Shown: one piece after another, positions 49,739-59,406 of the stretch
How the letters are laid out: each line of letters opens with the position of its first letter
Numbering within the stretch: the stretch's first letter is position 1
Assembly (NCBI GenBank): GCA_040767195.1
Contig: JAXGPA010000004.1
Span: 1-64,000 of the forward strand
DNA: 64,000 nucleotides
Reading direction: 5' to 3'
DNA from: Syntrophales bacterium
Lineage (GTDB): Bacteria; Desulfobacterota; Syntrophia; Syntrophales; UBA6807
Translations under genes and position numbers: made by a program
The notes under the pieces: generated by a model
Databases searched by the model: none
What the model was told of the DNA's origin: nothing
Seen by the model: the letters and a program-made list of their open reading frames with translations, nothing else

Positions 49739-51652
49739 ATGAAGAAGGGGACAGTCAGGAAAGAGGCGACACCGCCCGCCCGGGGTGTTGCCGACGAAAT
49801 CCGGAAAATCTCCGGGGGAGAGGCCGTTATCTTTCCCCTCATCCTGGAAGGTCTTTCCATTCCCACTTTCGTCATCGGCCAGGACCACCGCGTCCTCTAC
49901 TGGAACAGGGCTCTCCAGGAGCTCAGCGGCATCCGGGCCGAAAGGATCATCGGAACGAAGGAGCACTGGCGGGCGTTCTACAGCAGGGAAAGGCCCTGCA
50001 TGGCCGACCTCATCGCCGACGGGCTGCAGGACGAAATTCCCCAGTGGTACGCCGGCAAATACCGGAAATCGAAACTTCTCAAGGAAGCCTACGAGGCCAC
50101 GGACTTCTTTCCCGACCTCGGGAAAGAAGGAAAGTGGCTTCGCTTCACCGCTTCCGCCCTCCGGGACCCCGGCGGGAACCTGATCGGCGCACTGGAAACC
50201 CTGGAGGACGTCACGGAAGGGAAACAGGCGGAAACGGCCCTCCGGGAAAGCGAGAAACGGCTGAAACGGATCCTCGAGGGGTCCCCCATCCCGGCCTTTC
50301 TCATCGACAGGGACCATCGGATCCTGCACTGGAACCGGGCCCTGGAAGAATTGAGCGGTATCAAGGCGGAGGTCATCGTCGGAACGGACAAGCACTGGAA
50401 GGCTTTTTACCGGAAGAAAAGGCCGTGCATGGCCGATCTCCTGGCGGACGGGAAGACGGACGCGTTCCCCCGTTGGTATGACGGGAAAATCCAGAAATCG
50501 AAGCTTCTCGACGAAGCCTACGAGGCGACGGCCTTTTTCCCCGATCTCGGGGAGAGCGGAAAATGGCTCCGCATCACCGCTGCCGTGCTCCGGGACTCCC
50601 AGGGCCGTTTTTTCGCCTCCATCGAAACGCTTCAGGACATCACGGAAACCATCCTCGCCGAGGAAGCCCTCAAGGAAAGCGAGCAGCGCTTCAAGTCCGT
50701 TCTCGAGGGATCCCCCATACCGACTTTCGTCATCAACCGGGACCACGAGATCGTGTGCTGGAACCGGGCCCTGGAGGAGCTCAGCGAAATCAGCCGGGAT
50801 AAAATCGTGGGGACGAAACAGCACTGGAAGGCCTTCTATGACAAGGCCCGCCCCTGCATGGCCGACCTCCTCGTGGACAGTCTCCTCGACGAGATCCCCC
50901 GGTGGTACGTGGGCAAGTATCACAAGTCCAAGCTCATCGAGGAGGCTTACGAGGCCACCGACTTCTTCCCCGCCCTGGGTGACGGCGGGAAATGGCTCCG
51001 GTTCACCGCGGCGGCCCTCAGGGATTCACGGGGGGTCCTTTTCGGGGCCATGGAAACGCTCGAAGACATCACGGCGCGGAAAATCGCCGAAGAAGCCCTC
51101 CGGGAGAGCGAAAAGAGATACATGGAGCTGAGCATCACCGACGGTCTCACGAAACTCTTCAACTCGAGGCACTTTTACGACCAGCTCAAATCGGAGATCA
51201 ACCGGGCCAAGCGATACGGACACCCGCTCTCCCTTCTCCTTCTCGACATCGATGATTTCAAGAACTACAACGACACTTACGGCCACGTGGAAGGGGACAA
51301 GGTGCTCGTCCGTCTCGGCCAGGTCATTCGAAGATGCCTGCGGAAGACCGACTCGGCTTACCGGTACGGGGGCGAGGAGTTCACGGTCATCCTTCCCGAA
51401 ACGACGGGCGACGCCGCCGTGGCCCTGGCGGAAAGAATCCGGCGGGAGTTTTCAAACGAGACCTTCTCGACCTGGTCCATCACGCCCGTTCGAAAAACGG
51501 TGAGCGTCGGCGTGGCCGAGTATTTTCCGAAAGAAGAACTTTCTTTTTTCCTGAAGCGGACCGACGAAAGCATGTACACGGCAAAGAAGGAGGGGAAAAA
51601 CAGGGTCTTCTACGGCAGGCGGGAAGACCCCACGAGCGAGAGCGCCGATTGA
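49739..51652 (+). CDS. diguanylate cyclase with three tandem PAS-like domains
   Basis: Three 143-aa repeats, then TDGLTKLFN, LLDIDDFKNYNDTYGH, RKTD I-site, RYGGEEF. Confidence 0.93.
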   Translation: MKKGTVRKEATPPARGVADEIRKISGGEAVIFPLILEGLSIPTFVIGQDHRVLYWNRALQELSGIRAERIIGTKEHWRAFYSRERPCMADLIADGLQDEIPQWYAGKYRKSKLLKEAYEATDFFPDLGKEGKWLRFTASALRDPGGNLIGALETLEDVTEGKQAETALRESEKRLKRILEGSPIPAFLIDRDHRILHWNRALEELSGIKAEVIVGTDKHWKAFYRKKRPCMADLLADGKTDAFPRWYDGKIQKSKLLDEAYEATAFFPDLGESGKWLRITAAVLRDSQGRFFASIETLQDITETILAEEALKESEQRFKSVLEGSPIPTFVINRDHEIVCWNRALEELSEISRDKIVGTKQHWKAFYDKARPCMADLLVDSLLDEIPRWYVGKYHKSKLIEEAYEATDFFPALGDGGKWLRFTAAALRDSRGVLFGAMETLEDITARKIAEEALRESEKRYMELSITDGLTKLFNSRHFYDQLKSEINRAKRYGHPLSLLLLDIDDFKNYNDTYGHVEGDKVLVRLGQVIRRCLRKTDSAYRYGGEEFTVILPETTGDAAVALAERIRREFSNETFSTWSITPVRKTVSVGVAEYFPKEELSFFLKRTDESMYTAKKEGKNRVFYGRREDPTSESAD

Positions 51653-51663
51653 AAGACGGGGTT

Positions 51664-51999
51664 TCAACGGTCCCGGTCTTCCTCTCTTTCTCTCTCCAGT
51701 TCCTCCCTGATCTTGACGGCCAGGTCTTCCAGGATGGCGTCGAACTGTTTTCTCGCGGAAATCATGTCCCGCCTCATTCGGAGGATGATGTCGACGCCCG
51801 GCAGGTTCACCCCCAGTTCCTCCACGAGGATTTTCGCGATCCGGAGTTTCTCGAGCTCGCTGAAAGCATAAACCCGCCTTCCCGGCCTCTCCTCCCTGAG
51901 GCAGCAGACGATCTCCTCCTCTTCAAGGTCGAGGAGGAACGTTTCGTCCAGGTCGAAGATCCGGAGAACCTCTTCCCTTGTCCAGCGTTCCTTCATCAT
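51664..51999 (-). CDS. CbpM/HspR-like MerR-type protein
   Basis: ELEKLRIAKILVEELGVNLPGVDIILRM; downstream of dnaJ. Confidence 0.8.
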   Translation of the reverse strand: MMKERWTREEVLRIFDLDETFLLDLEEEEIVCCLREERPGRRVYAFSELEKLRIAKILVEELGVNLPGVDIILRMRRDMISARKQFDAILEDLAVKIREELEREREEDRDR

Positions 52000-52041
52000 C
52001 GTTCGATAAACCCTTAAAAACTCGAAAAATCTTCTGTTACC

Positions 52042-52094
52042 GACGGCTTTGTAAAAAGATCCAGAGGCAAGGCGCCCAGATTCCGGGGAATGAG
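52042..52094. repeat. intergenic repeat, truncated copy 3
   Basis: GACGGCTTTGTAAAAAGATCCAGAGGCAAGGCGCCCAGATTCCGGGGAATGAG matches the left half of copy 1. Confidence 0.8.
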
Positions 52095-52099
52095 AAGGT

Positions 52100-53242
52100 T
52101 CAGAGCCTGATGTCCTTTCTCACGTCATCCCCGTAGAACGTCTCGAGCTTCCGGGCGGCCTCCACAGCTTCCCGGTCTTTCGATGGGGGGAGCACGACGG
52201 CCAGCCTGACCATGAAATCCCCCCGTTTCTTCGTTTTCATGTTCACCGCCCCTTTCCCTTTCAGCCTGAGGACCTGGCCGTTCTGGCTTCCCGGCGGAAC
52301 CTTCACGTTCACCGACCCTTCCACCGTGGGGACGCGGACCTGCCCGCCCTCCAGGGCCTCGAGCACCGTCACGGGCACGTCCAGGTACAGGTCATCCCCT
52401 TTCCGCGTGAGAAAACGATGGGGTTCGACCCGTATCCGGAGATACAGGTCCCCGGCGCCGGCGCCGGCCGCTCCCGGTTCTCCCTTGCCGGCAACCCGTA
52501 TTCTCGCGCCGTCATGGACGCCGGGCGGAATCTTGACGCGGATCCGCTCCCGGCCTGGAACCTGCCCGGCTCCGCGGCACGCCCCGCAGGGCGTCCCGAC
52601 CCGGCCGTGGCCGCCGCACTGGGGACAGACCTGGGTGAACGGAACGGGGCCGTCAGCGACGTTCAGCCTCCCTGACCCCCCGCAGGTGGGACAGGGATTG
52701 AGCTTCGTCCCCGGTTCCGTCCCCGACCCCCCGCACCGGGAGCAGGGAACCTGTTTTTCCATGACCAGTTCCGTCTCCAGTCCCCGCAGGGCGGACAGAA
52801 AATCGACGGTCATCTCATGCTCCAGGTCACGGCCCCGGACGGCGCGGGATCCCCGGGGAGATCTCCCGGCGCCCCCGCTAAATCCGAAAAGATCGCCGAA
52901 AAGATCTTCGTAGTTTTCATAACGGCCGCCGAAAGACTCCTCCGCCGCGCCCCCCCTCTCCCGCCGCCAGGATGACTGCCAGTCCCGGTACTGTCTCGCC
53001 TTTTCAGGGTCGAACCCGGACTGGAGGCCTTCCTCCCCGAATTCGTCGTAGAGTTTTCTCTTTTCCTCCGACCCCAGGGCTTCATACGCCCGGGAAATTT
53101 CCTTGAACCGCTGTTCCGCCTCCCTGTTGCCGGGGTTCACGTCGGGGTGCCACTTCCGGGCGAGCTTCCGGTACGCCTTCTTGACGGCCTCCTGGGGAGC
53201 GTCCCGGGAAATGCCGAGGGTTTCGTAATAGTCTTTCGCCAT
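52100..53242 (-). CDS. dnaJ: DnaJ chaperone (J domain, zinc-finger repeats, C-terminal domain)
   Basis: KDYYETLG, KWHPDVN (HPD), four CxxCxGxG repeats, GDLYL, VLRLKGKG. Confidence 0.92.
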   Translation of the reverse strand: MAKDYYETLGISRDAPQEAVKKAYRKLARKWHPDVNPGNREAEQRFKEISRAYEALGSEEKRKLYDEFGEEGLQSGFDPEKARQYRDWQSSWRRERGGAAEESFGGRYENYEDLFGDLFGFSGGAGRSPRGSRAVRGRDLEHEMTVDFLSALRGLETELVMEKQVPCSRCGGSGTEPGTKLNPCPTCGGSGRLNVADGPVPFTQVCPQCGGHGRVGTPCGACRGAGQVPGRERIRVKIPPGVHDGARIRVAGKGEPGAAGAGAGDLYLRIRVEPHRFLTRKGDDLYLDVPVTVLEALEGGQVRVPTVEGSVNVKVPPGSQNGQVLRLKGKGAVNMKTKKRGDFMVRLAVVLPPSKDREAVEAARKLETFYGDDVRKDIRL

Positions 53243-53566
53243 GTTCGGAAAGCCCGTCTCCATTTATTCGGATGTGTTTTTTTACCACTGCCGGCTTCAC
53301 CGTGGCAAGCCTTTTCCTGTCGATTTTCCTGGCAGGCGGTTCTGGGCTACCGCCTCCCGGCTTCCTGTCACGGGAAAGTCGAAGCACCGTCGCAAAAAAA
53401 AAGCGTGACGATGCGTGAAATAATTATTTTTTGGGTTGAAACGGGAACGGCGAGGCGGGGTAAAAAAGATTTCCCGCGACGTCTCTGCGGAGCCTTCCCC
53501 CGGCGGCGACGGTTCGCCGCGTAAAAAGAAGGGCACCGCAGGGACACGGGTTTTCAGGACGCCCCT

Positions 53567-53911
53567 TTACTGGGGAAGGTCATACCTCAAGGTTCCCCAT
53601 TCCCACAGATAGGGGTCATAGGGCCGGTCCCACGGGACCGGCTTCCGGACGAACCGGGCACCGCTCCGCTCGGATGAAAAGAAAGGGAGCATGCCGGGAA
53701 AACCGGCGTCGAGAGTGAACCAGCCCATGATGTCATAGTAGTCCCCGAAAACATCTCCTTCCAGGGCGAGGGGAGAGGTGTCGGTCATCTGATCTTCCTG
53801 GATCTCGAAAAAATCCTCCAGGATTTCCTTCCATCGGTCCCGCTCCCCGTTTTCAGCCACGGTCAGCCAGGGGCCGGCGGCGGAGGTCCTGTCCATCTCC
53901 CTTATCTTCAT
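53567..53911 (-). CDS. hypothetical protein (114 aa)
   Basis: AGGAG/AGGA RBS, and a sigma54-type promoter about 40 nt upstream; acidic and aromatic composition; no family recognised. Confidence 0.6.
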   Translation of the reverse strand: MKIREMDRTSAAGPWLTVAENGERDRWKEILEDFFEIQEDQMTDTSPLALEGDVFGDYYDIMGWFTLDAGFPGMLPFFSSERSGARFVRKPVPWDRPYDPYLWEWGTLRYDLPQ

Positions 53912-53952
53912 GGTTTCCTGTCTCCTTTCTCTGCTTCCTTTCCCTCATTCAA

Positions 53953-53968
53953 AGCAGGGATCATGCCA
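53953..53968 (-). promoter_or_regulatory. sigma54 (-24/-12) promoter
   Basis: TGGCATGATCCCTGCT: GG-N10-GC, close to the consensus TGGCAC-N5-TTGCW. Confidence 0.7.
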
Positions 53969-54051
53969 CCGCTGTTAAAAATCAATCTGCTGAATATACT
54001 AGTAAATATTCAGACGGCCCTCCCGGGACGGGCGCTCCCCTGAAAAGAAGG

Positions 54052-54085
54052 GTTCACAGTGCGTAAGGCCATACGCACCGTGAAC
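54052..54085. promoter_or_regulatory. inverted repeat, candidate enhancer (UAS) or operator
   Basis: GTTCACAGTGCGTA-N6-TACGCACCGTGAAC, symmetric at 13 of 14 positions. Confidence 0.55.
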
Positions 54086-54150
54086 AAATTGCAATCCCCG
54101 GCCAGTTCTGTTAGAGAATAGAAAATTTCACGGCAGGGGGGCTCCCGGCC

Positions 54151-54999
54151 ATGGGCCGTTCAAGACAGGTTTTTTTTAGCTTGACCCTTCCCGCGGTCCT
54201 CGTGGTCCTGGTGACGATCGGCTGCGGCGGGCCCACACCCGGCACCGGAAGCCCCATCCCGGTGAAAAAAGCGCCCCCATCGGCGAAGGAGCTCCTGGAG
54301 CGGGGAAACAGGCTTTACGAAGCGGGCCGGTACGACGAAGCCCGGGCCTGTTACGGCGAGATCATAAAAGCCGCTGGAAATGGCGTCGATTGCGATGTGT
54401 ACGCGGCCCGCTTCAACCGCGGACTCGCGTTCCAGGCAGAGGGCCGCTTCCGGGAGGCCGCCGCCGACTTCACGGCGGTCGTCGACGGAAACGAGCGGGA
54501 CGGCGCGGCCCTTTTCCGGCGGGGGCAGTGCCACGAAGGAAACAGGGAGTATGAAAAAGCCGTGGCGGACTACTCGAAAGCCCTCTCCATCGATTCCAAG
54601 GACACCCGCCTGTACCTCGTCCGGGGCCACGCCTACCGGAAATGGGGAAGGCGCTACGACGCGGCCGTCACCGATTTTCTTTGCGCCGTCAGCCTCGATC
54701 CCATGAGCGGCGAGGCCTATTACGCCCTGGGGATGACCTATTTCATGAAGGCTGACTACCAGAAGGCCGTGGAAAGCCTTTCCAGGGCCATTCTCATCGA
54801 TCCCGAAGACGGAAAGAGCTACAATGGCCGCGGCCAGTCCCTGCTCCAGCAGGGCCGGCGGACGAAAGCCCTGGCGGACTTCCGGAAAGCCTGCGAGCTC
54901 CGGGAGAAAGCGGGCTGCATCATGCTGACCTACCTGAACGGCCAGGGGAAAAAAACGGGAAACCGTGACGGGGGGAAAGCCTTTGACGCCCGCCCGTGA
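54151..54999 (+). CDS. TPR-repeat lipoprotein
   Basis: Hydrophobic leader ending in a lipobox-like TIGC; repeated (F/Y)NRG...A..DF..A TPR units; C-terminal KACEL. Confidence 0.85.
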   Translation: MGRSRQVFFSLTLPAVLVVLVTIGCGGPTPGTGSPIPVKKAPPSAKELLERGNRLYEAGRYDEARACYGEIIKAAGNGVDCDVYAARFNRGLAFQAEGRFREAAADFTAVVDGNERDGAALFRRGQCHEGNREYEKAVADYSKALSIDSKDTRLYLVRGHAYRKWGRRYDAAVTDFLCAVSLDPMSGEAYYALGMTYFMKADYQKAVESLSRAILIDPEDGKSYNGRGQSLLQQGRRTKALADFRKACELREKAGCIMLTYLNGQGKKTGNRDGGKAFDARP

Positions 55000-55012
55000 G
55001 AAACAGGGAACC

Positions 55013-55678
55013 ATGGAAAACGGCGGCGCCGGGCACCTGGAGGATAAACGGGTGTTTCTCGAACCCACGTATTTCGTCGACAGCGACGACGAGTCGGTGA
55101 TCGACTTTGCCCGGGAGGCCGCATGGCCGGGAAAAACCGCCGCAGACCGGGCGGCGCGCCTCTATTATGCCGTCCGGGACGGCATCCGTTACGACCCCTT
55201 TCACATCGACCTGGGACGGGAGGGCTTCAAGGCCAGCCGGGTATTGGCAAAAAAATCCGGCTTCTGCGTCCCCAAGGCGGTCCTCCTCGCCGCGGCGGCC
55301 CGGGCCCTCGGCATTCCCAGCCGCCTCCGGTTCGCCGATGTGCGGAACCACCTGACCACGGAGCGCCTGAAAAAGAAAATGGGGACCGATTTGTTCATGT
55401 TTCACGGGTACACGGAACTTTTCGTCGACCGCCGATGGGTCCGGGCCACCCCCACGTTCAACATCGACCTGTGTGAAAAATTCGGTGTTCCCACCCTGGA
55501 ATTCGATGGCACCCACGACGCCGTATTCCACGCCTATGACCGGGAAGGCCGGAAATACATGGAATACGTCGTAGACCGCGGAGCCTTCCACGATCTTCCC
55601 TATGACCTCATGATGGCCGTCTTCAGGGCCCACTATCCCCTCTTCTTTTCCGGCGGGCCCGATCCCTCGACCTTCTGA
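55013..55678 (+). CDS. transglutaminase-like family protein
   Basis: YYAVRDGIRYDP, GFCVPKA (Cys), GIPSRLRFADVRNHL, FHGY (His), WVRATP. Confidence 0.85.
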   Translation: MENGGAGHLEDKRVFLEPTYFVDSDDESVIDFAREAAWPGKTAADRAARLYYAVRDGIRYDPFHIDLGREGFKASRVLAKKSGFCVPKAVLLAAAARALGIPSRLRFADVRNHLTTERLKKKMGTDLFMFHGYTELFVDRRWVRATPTFNIDLCEKFGVPTLEFDGTHDAVFHAYDREGRKYMEYVVDRGAFHDLPYDLMMAVFRAHYPLFFSGGPDPSTF

Positions 55679-55696
55679 AAAACAGGAGTTTCGGCC

Positions 55697-57268
55697 ATGA
55701 CCCTTTCCAGGATTGCGGCATTCATGACGGACCCGGCGTCCTACCCCCACCGCCCCCCGTCGGTGGAAATGGTGGAAACCCACATTTCCCTCGTCTTCAT
55801 CGCCGGCCATCTCGTCTACAAAATCAAAAAACCGGTGGATTTCGGCTTTCTCGACTTCACGACCCTCGAAAAAAGGGCTTTCTTCTGCCGGGAGGAGATC
55901 CGGCTCAACCGGCGCCTCGCCGAGGACATTTACCTGGACGTCGTTCCCATTCACCAGGACGAGACGGGAACCCTGAACTTTCTTGGCAGGGGGGAGGCGG
56001 TGGAATATGCCGTCCTCATGAAACGAATCCCCGAAGACCGCATGCTTGGAACCCTCCTCGAGAACAATATCGCCCGGAAACGGGACATGGAAACCCTGGC
56101 CGGGAGAATCTGCGCGTTTCACGACGGGGCGGCCACGGGCGGGGAAATTGACGAAATCGGCGGGTTTGAGACGATCCGGAAAAACCACGAGGAAAATTTC
56201 GAGCAGACGGAACCCTACGTGGGGACAACGATTTCCCGGCCCGAATTCGAGTTTATCCGCTCGTGGGCCCTCGGTTTTCTCGAAAACCGGGAAGCCCTGT
56301 TCCGCCGGCGGGTGGCGACGCACAAGATCCGGGAGTGCCACGGCGACCTGCACCTCCAGCACATCTGCTTCATCAACGGCATCGTCGTCTTCGACTGCAT
56401 CGAGTTCAACAAGCGCTTCCGGTATCTCGACCGGGCCGCCGAGGTCGCCTTCCTGTCCATGGATCTCGACTTCCACGGCTACGGCGATTACGGAGACGCC
56501 TTTGTCCGGGCCTACATCGAAGAATCCGGGGACGAGGAAATAAATACCCTCCTCCCCTTCTACAAGTGCTATTTCGCCTACGTCCGGGGCAAGGTCACCG
56601 GCTTCCGCCTCCAGGAACCGGGCCTGGGCGGGAAGGAAAAGGACCGAGTCACTGCCGAGGCCGGGAAATACTTCCGTCTCGCATACCGCTGCGCCGCCCG
56701 GCTCGACAGGCCGGCGCTCCTCGTCATGAGCGGGTGGATGGGAACGGGTAAATCATTCCTGGCGGCCGCCCTCGCCCCCCTCATCGGGGCCGGGGTCATC
56801 CGCATGGACGTCCTCCGGAAGGAGCTTTCCCGTATTTCCACCGCGGAACACCGCTACGAGGACTTCGGCGAGGGAATCTACGGCGAGGAGATGAACCGCC
56901 GGACTTACGAGGCGGCCTTTGAAAAAGCAGGGAAACGGCTGGGAGAGGGAAAGCCGGTCATCCTGGACGGGTCCTTCAGGGACCGGAGGGACCGCGCCGC
57001 CGCCATGGCGGTCGCCCGTTCCCACGGGGCCGACTTCTTCGCGGTCCACTGTGTCTGTCCCGACGACGTCCTCCGTCAAAGGCTCGAAAAAAGGGAACGG
57101 AAGGGCACGGACGTTTCTGACGGCCGGCTGGCCCTTCTCGACGCCCAGAAGAAAGCCTTCCATCCCCTGGAAGACGTTCCCGGGGAAAATCTCATAACCA
57201 TCGACACCTCGGGGAGCCTGGAGGGGATGGTGGCGAAAATCCTTTCCCGGATCCGCCTGGGCCGGTGA
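55697..57268 (+). CDS. bifunctional aminoglycoside-phosphotransferase-like/P-loop (AAA_33) kinase protein
   Basis: ETHIS, YKIKKPV, EEIRLNRRLA, ECHGDLH, FDCIEFN, GWMGTGKS, DVLRK, LDGSF, SDG. Confidence 0.88.
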   Translation: MTLSRIAAFMTDPASYPHRPPSVEMVETHISLVFIAGHLVYKIKKPVDFGFLDFTTLEKRAFFCREEIRLNRRLAEDIYLDVVPIHQDETGTLNFLGRGEAVEYAVLMKRIPEDRMLGTLLENNIARKRDMETLAGRICAFHDGAATGGEIDEIGGFETIRKNHEENFEQTEPYVGTTISRPEFEFIRSWALGFLENREALFRRRVATHKIRECHGDLHLQHICFINGIVVFDCIEFNKRFRYLDRAAEVAFLSMDLDFHGYGDYGDAFVRAYIEESGDEEINTLLPFYKCYFAYVRGKVTGFRLQEPGLGGKEKDRVTAEAGKYFRLAYRCAARLDRPALLVMSGWMGTGKSFLAAALAPLIGAGVIRMDVLRKELSRISTAEHRYEDFGEGIYGEEMNRRTYEAAFEKAGKRLGEGKPVILDGSFRDRRDRAAAMAVARSHGADFFAVHCVCPDDVLRQRLEKRERKGTDVSDGRLALLDAQKKAFHPLEDVPGENLITIDTSGSLEGMVAKILSRIRLGR

Positions 57269-57284
57269 CCCTTTTCCGGCGCTT

Positions 57285-58064
57285 TTACCCCTCCGCGGCG
57301 GCACCGCCGGAGGGAGCACCTTCCTCTGTTACGGCCCCCCGGCTCTTTTCCTCTTCCTCCGCCATCCGCCGCCGGGTCTCATCGATGAGGTACCCCACCT
57401 TGTAGTCCATGGAAACGAGAGGATAGTCTACGAGGATTCCCTGAAAACGCTCCAGGGCCGCCCGGTAGTGCCTGGTTCTGAAGTAGAAATACCCCACGTA
57501 GAACTCGTGATCGGCAAGGCGCTGCTCGCATTCCCGAAGCCTTTTGAGGGCCATGAAGGAGAAAGGGGAATCGGGAAACCGGGAAACCACTTTTTCAAAG
57601 GATTCCCGGGCCCGCCGGGTTTCCGTCTGGTCCCGGTCCAGGGTGTTCATCTGCCGGAAGTGGCACATGCCCGCCTGGTAGAGGGCGTAAGGGACATTTT
57701 CATTGGTCGGGTGAAGGTTCACGAAATCCAGGTAGGTCATTTCCGCTTCCATGTAATCGCCGGCACTGTAGTGAGAATCGGCAATCCCCAGTTCCGCCTT
57801 CAGGGCCAGGTCGCTCAGGGGGTACTGTTCCTGGAGACGCTGAAAAGCCTCGATGGCCCTGTCGAAATCCCCGTCGTGGTAGTTCATGTAGCCGCTCTGG
57901 TAAAGCCGTTCCGCCGAGCCTCCTCGAACGGGGGAACCCTTCCACCAGCCGCACCCGGCCGTTACCGAGAGGAAAAAAAGGACCGCGAGGACGCCCATGA
58001 AGGAGCGTTTCACGACAGCGGCAAAACAGTGACCGCAGAAGGGTCGGGTGACGGGCGTTCTCAT
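57285..58064 (-). CDS. bamD: outer membrane protein assembly factor BamD
   Basis: Lipobox TAGC, AERLY, QYPLS, LHPTNENVPYALY, DRDQTET, LADHEFYVGYFY; true start may be ATG 57999. Confidence 0.88.
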   Translation of the reverse strand: MRTPVTRPFCGHCFAAVVKRSFMGVLAVLFFLSVTAGCGWWKGSPVRGGSAERLYQSGYMNYHDGDFDRAIEAFQRLQEQYPLSDLALKAELGIADSHYSAGDYMEAEMTYLDFVNLHPTNENVPYALYQAGMCHFRQMNTLDRDQTETRRARESFEKVVSRFPDSPFSFMALKRLRECEQRLADHEFYVGYFYFRTRHYRAALERFQGILVDYPLVSMDYKVGYLIDETRRRMAEEEEKSRGAVTEEGAPSGGAAAEG

Positions 58065-58396
58065 CAGAGGACCTTTTTCAGGAATTCTTCAAGCCGGTTT
58101 TTCGGGACGAGGCCGATAAGCTTCTCCTCCATTTTGCCGCCCTTGAAGAGCATGAGCGTCGGAATGCTCTGGATCCCGTATCTTCCCGTCGTCTCGGGAC
58201 ACTCGTCCACGTTGACTTTCGCAACCTTTACCCGGTCCCCGTATGTTTCCGCCAGTTCCTCCACCATGGGCCCGATGGCTTTGCAGGGACCGCACCAGGG
58301 AGCCCAGAAATCCACCAGGGCCGGTTTGTCCGATTTCAGAATTTCAGCGTCGAAGGTCTGATCCGAGGCGTGAATGACCTTGTCTTCTTTTCCCAT
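58064..58396 (-). CDS. trxA: thioredoxin
   Basis: DFWAPWCGPCK, VNVDE, SIPTL; AAGGAGG RBS. Confidence 0.96.
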   Translation of the reverse strand: MGKEDKVIHASDQTFDAEILKSDKPALVDFWAPWCGPCKAIGPMVEELAETYGDRVKVAKVNVDECPETTGRYGIQSIPTLMLFKGGKMEEKLIGLVPKNRLEEFLKKVL

Positions 58397-58425
58397 GACG
58401 CGCAGCCTCCTTTCTTTTACGTCAC

Positions 58426-58498
58426 ATTATGCTCACGAAAGGGGGGATGTCAAACAAAAATGATCCCTTTTGACAGGTCTTCGGGGATCTGTTATAAA
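58426..58498. promoter_or_regulatory. back-to-back sigma70 promoters for trxA (-) and mtnP (+)
   Basis: Minus strand: TTGACA-16-CATAAT at 58453..58426. Plus strand: TTGACA-17-TATAAA at 58470..58498. Confidence 0.65.
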
Positions 58499-58692
58499 CC
58501 GGGCACACCGTGTAAAATTTCCCCGGGCGTCCTGTTGTGGCGTTGCCGCGAAAAGATACGGGGGCCGGGCGGCCCGGTCCCTGGAAAAGGGGCGGACGGG
58601 CCGGCGTGCCGTCATGACCGGGGGTGGCGGGCGGCGCGGCAGGGGAACCCGGCGCAGACGTCAGAAGGACGGGCGGAAAAAAAGGAGGAACT

Positions 58693-59406
58693 GTGGCGCG
58701 CCTCGGCATTCTATCGGGAACCATCCTTCTCCAGAAGACGTCCTTCTTCGGCGGCCTGAAAAAAACGAATGTGGCGACGGACTTCGGCGAGGTCTCCCTT
58801 TTTCTCTCTCCCCGCGCCGCCTTCATACCCCGGCACGGAACGGACCCGAAACACCACATCCTGCCCCACCGGATCAACCACCAGGCCAATCTCCTCGCCC
58901 TTCGGCAGTCGGGCGTCCGGGAGGTCATCGCCGTCAACTCCACGGGATCGCTGAAGCGGTATCTTCCGCCGGGCACCCTCGTCGTACCCGACGACTTCCT
59001 CGATCTCACGGGGGGGCCGACGATCTTCGAGGACAGGCCCGTCCACGTCACCCCGGTCATCTCGCAGAGGGTCCGCAAAAACTGGATCGACGCGGCCCGA
59101 CGGTGCGCCTTCGACGTGGTCAACGGGGGCGTTTACTGGCAGACCCGGGGTCCCCGGCTCGAAACCCGGGCGGAAATCACCATGATGTCCCAATTCGCCG
59201 ACGTGGTGGGCATGACCATGGCCAGCGAGGCCGTCATCGCCCGGGAACTCGGCCTCGACTACGGCTCCCTGTGCTCCGTGGACAATTACGCCCACGGCAT
59301 CGGCGAGCGGGAGCTCACCATGGAGGAAATCCTGGAACACGCTCGGATGAACGAAGGCAAGATCGTCAAGATCCTGGAAACATACATGGAAGGGAGAAGC
59401 CCATGA
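58693..59406 (+). CDS. mtnP: MTA/purine nucleoside phosphorylase (MTAP family)
   Basis: FIPRHG, PHRINHQAN, NSTGSL, PDDFLD, GPRLETRAE, VVGMT, VDN; GTG start after AGGAGG; substrate could be MTA or methylthioinosine. Confidence 0.85.
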   Translation: MARLGILSGTILLQKTSFFGGLKKTNVATDFGEVSLFLSPRAAFIPRHGTDPKHHILPHRINHQANLLALRQSGVREVIAVNSTGSLKRYLPPGTLVVPDDFLDLTGGPTIFEDRPVHVTPVISQRVRKNWIDAARRCAFDVVNGGVYWQTRGPRLETRAEITMMSQFADVVGMTMASEAVIARELGLDYGSLCSVDNYAHGIGERELTMEEILEHARMNEGKIVKILETYMEGRSP

